Below, in pieces: positions 61,075 to 61,305 of a stretch of DNA of 61,305 nucleotides (position 1 is its first letter; each line of letters opens with the position of its first letter). Made by a program: the position numbers and the translations under genes. Under the pieces are notes generated by a model. The model had not been told where the DNA came from. It did not search any database and saw only the letters and a program-made list of their open reading frames with translations. The stretch lies in IMG/VR virus record IMGVR_UViG_3300031884_000004; one strand, 5' to 3'. The stretch comes from an uncultured virus (IMG/VR IMGVR_UViG_3300031884_000004). Taxonomy: Duplodnaviria > Heunggongvirae > Uroviricota > Caudoviricetes.

Positions 61075-61305
61075 ATGGCAAGCAAACAGTTTAACGCAAT
61101 ACAGGGATTCACAGTAGGAGATGCTACTATAGTTAGCGTAATAGACGCTAACGCCAATGTTACGGCTAATGCGTTAACTGCTACAGGTAATGCTAACGTT
61201 GGTAATTTGGGCTTTGGTTCGGGTGTTATAACTGGCACTGGTAACATCACTGCTGGTAATATCATAGGTATTATTGCAGCAGGTAGTAATACTATTACTA
61301 CGACT
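61075..61305 (+). CDS. fibre-like paralog, partial (runs off the right edge)
   Basis: MASKQFNAIQGFTVGDATIVSVIDANANV... shares its N-terminal motif with the two previous genes; AATAAATA upstream. Confidence 0.7.
   Translation, partial: MASKQFNAIQGFTVGDATIVSVIDANANVTANALTATGNANVGNLGFGSGVITGTGNITAGNIIGIIAAGSNTITTT

Overview
A 61.3-kb segment of a large T4-superfamily myovirus, probably a jumbo phage, read in the standard genetic code. The left half (minus strand) is the baseplate module: a giant 6297-aa repeat-rich wedge-like protein, gp6, gp25, a gp5/VgrG-like spike, a hub protein, gp53 and a gp48/54-like protein. The middle holds late sigma gp55, gp47/gp46, a Holliday junction resolvase, a gp26-like chaperone and a tape measure protein with a C-terminal lysozyme. 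The head module follows: intein-containing portal, core protein, protease gp21, scaffold gp22 and capsid gp23. The right end has a cassette of small enzymes and three paralogous fibre-like genes. There are four apparently intact free-standing homing endonuclease genes (HEGs), one HEG pseudogene and one degenerate HNH-like gene. The most notable unexplained signals are: (1) a covarying ~70-nt structured leader shared by three HEGs from two nuclease families; (2) a ~530-nt highly structured, pseudoknotted non-coding element between convergent genes; (3) a probable programmed -1 frameshift joining gp26 to a gp51-like ORF; (4) a 140-nt structured insert with a kissing loop that duplicates the start of the prohead protease gene; (5) GNAT, sigma-region-4, methyltransferase and kinase genes with capsid-targeting-like N-termini. 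All calls come from motif recognition by eye; no searches or folding programs were run.
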